From positions 16,098,532-16,162,531 of the forward strand of contig CM119263.1 of the NCBI GenBank assembly GCA_051294375.1: a DNA stretch of 64,000 nt, read 5' to 3'. This document shows, piece by piece, positions 62,001 to 64,000 of the stretch; the stretch's first letter is position 1; the number at the start of each line of letters is the position of its first letter. Under the pieces are notes generated by a model. The model did not search any database. It was not told the DNA's origin and saw nothing but the letters and a program-made list of their open reading frames with translations. Made by a program: the position numbers and the translations under genes. Source of the stretch: Paraspadella gotoi (Eukaryota; Animalia; Chaetognatha).

Positions 62001-62769
62001 TATAAAAATTTTTCGATCAAGAAAGTTCGTAAAATTAATGTCTCGAGCAAAGATATTTTTTTTTAATTTCGGCTGTGCATCTTGAAATATAGATTGAAGA
62101 AAATCTACTGGCGAAATTTGTATCATCGTTACAAAGTACTAGCCTATCTACAAGTATATACAAGCGTAATGTCACGAAGTAAACTCTTAAAAAAACTAAA
62201 ACAGTGACGATAATCTTTTTGGGTAAGTTAGGATATATCGGGTTGTAATGCCCGAAAAATAAAATCTCATTAGGTTGCCGGAGTCCGAAAACTTGGGAAT
62301 TTCCACTGGTATACATGATTGAAACAAATATTTTTTCTTAGCAACTGTTAATAATTTTAGGATCAAATTTAAACCTTTCACTTCCTTAAAGTGGGGTTCA
62401 TGTGGAAGGAAGGGGGGGAGGGAAGTTGAATAAAAATGGATCGGTCCTCTGAAGCGCTTGTAGTATCTTATATCTCTGCTTATCTGATCGACTCCAACTT
62501 CGTTTCCTTCCTTCCTTCCAACCTTTTTTCAATCTTCCATTTTTTTATACCGTAGATTGTCGAGTCGCTTTTGTGAAAAAAAAAGAGCAAATCGAAAAAA
62601 AAAAAGACGGGATCCTTTGGAGGAAAACTCCCGCCTTCAGACGTCCCATCCATTCACTCTCTCTCGCTCTCTCTCATTCTCTCTCTCTCTCTCTCTCACG
62701 AAAATCTCGTCCGGCAAAGGCACGCGTGGTTGAAATCGTCATTTCTCTTCACCCTTCATCGTCCGCCCA

Positions 62770-63454
62770 TTAAGACGTATCGCAAATATCGTACCATTTC
62801 TGCCAAACCTTTGCGGATCGGCGAACGGTATTTACGATCGGGGCGTTACGCTGGTTGTAGGCGAAGTGGGTGAGTTTCCAATAGTCATCGTCCTTCATGA
62901 AGTAGACGGTCCGGTCAGTGTACGAGAAGTAAACCGTGTCCAGATCCGAGGGTAGGGGTTCCTCGCCCGGCTCAGGCGGGTAGGCGTCTCTCAGCTTCTT
63001 CGGGCCCCACCCGTCGATGCAGCAGCCTTCGTTGCCTAAGCGGGTCACGTAACCGTAGACCTGAAGGGCAGAGACGCGAGTCGTTTCTGTGTTTAGTGGT
63101 TTACGAGTATTTGGAATAAATCAAACCGAAATGATTAGGTAGAATGTAGAGAGTACAGAGAAATAAATAAATCAAAAGAGAAGGAGTAGGCAAAAAAGGA
63201 TTGAAAAAAGGAAAAGAAGATAAGAGAAAAAAAATTTAGCCCCCCCCCCACTTAAAAAAAATATCAACTCACGTTGTCGCCCTTGAAGAAGTAAAGGTTT
63301 CCGTCTCTCTTATCGAACAAGACGGCGTCGATGTATCCTGGGATGGCGGGGTTGCGCGTTCCAGCCATCGGACCGAAGACTTTTGAAATGTTCTGAGGTT
63401 CAATGATCTGGTCCACGCCATCGATATCCGCGTTGTACCAGTAGACGTACTGAC
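62770..63454 (-). CDS. MMP21: Last two exons (63454-63273, 63060-62770) of a matrix metalloproteinase hemopexin domain, MMP21-like
   Basis: IDAVLFDKRDGNLYFFKG, LDTVYFSYTDRTVYFMKDDDYWK, and C-terminal KWYDICD, which resembles the KWFDVCD end of vertebrate MMP21. Confidence 0.75.
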
Positions 63455-64000
63455 CTGAAAGGTAATTAGTATTTGGATTAAGCTACGCAATTCATTCCTT
63501 AAAAATATATATTTCACTTTTATCACATTCTTAATTATTGATAGGCACTAATGGTCCGCTCTGTTTCACATTTCTTACAAAAAAAATAAATACGGTTTAA
63601 AATTAAAAAGAAACATTTATTTGGATGAAAATTTATAAATAAAACCAAAAAAAGTCCATATTGTTTCAATTTTGCCTCGCGCGTTTCCGTGACAAATCAG
63701 AGTCGATTCCCATGCGTCGATGCCTTATTTCACATCACCCAAGAATTAATTAGCGACACCTACTCCTGATTCCACACCCGCCCTAAACGCTACATGAGAC
63801 GACTTGGCGTTTTTCTCGAGAATCCAAAACATCCTTTTTTGCGCATTTAACACTTGTTCGCACAAACCTCACAAATCTCCTTCTCACAAATTTTAGGATT
63901 TTTTTTTTATTTTTTTCAGATTTTTTAACTTCCATATTTGTCTAATTCTCTTTGGGTTTTTCTTTCTGCGTATTTGGAGAAAAAAAATAAAAAGAAGCAT

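Overview
Intron-rich invertebrate animal DNA with AT-rich, (CT)n-rich introns, GC-richer exons, N gaps, and some stretches with indel noise typical of unpolished long-read sequence. Genes read by splicing exons by eye: the last exon of an SLC35/EamA-like transporter (~0.9 kb, +); a RIMS-binding protein with SH3-FN3x3-SH3-SH3 architecture and an unusual Q/P/G heptad insertion (~11.4-32.5 kb, +); an FMRFamide/sex-peptide-type class A GPCR (40.9-46.7 kb, +); PDE9 (47.5-51.4 kb, -); bestrophin (53.4-59.1 kb, +); and the 3' exons of MMP21 (62.8-63.5 kb, -). One GPCR intron holds three separate things. The first is a complete 731-bp non-coding miniature LTR element (TRIM/retrozyme-like) with TG...TA LTRs, a PBS, a PPT-like tract and a 4-bp TSD. 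The second is a solo LTR of a sister subfamily, with another copy at 495-733. The third is a 4-exon antisense nested gene for an aegerolysin/actinoporin-like protein that the ORF track does not show intact. Also present: a hAT-like element with its empty site visible in a duplicated copy, a Tc1/mariner-type MITE, a Helentron-associated element and a dispersed ~90-bp repeat. All homology calls come from motif recognition, not database searches.
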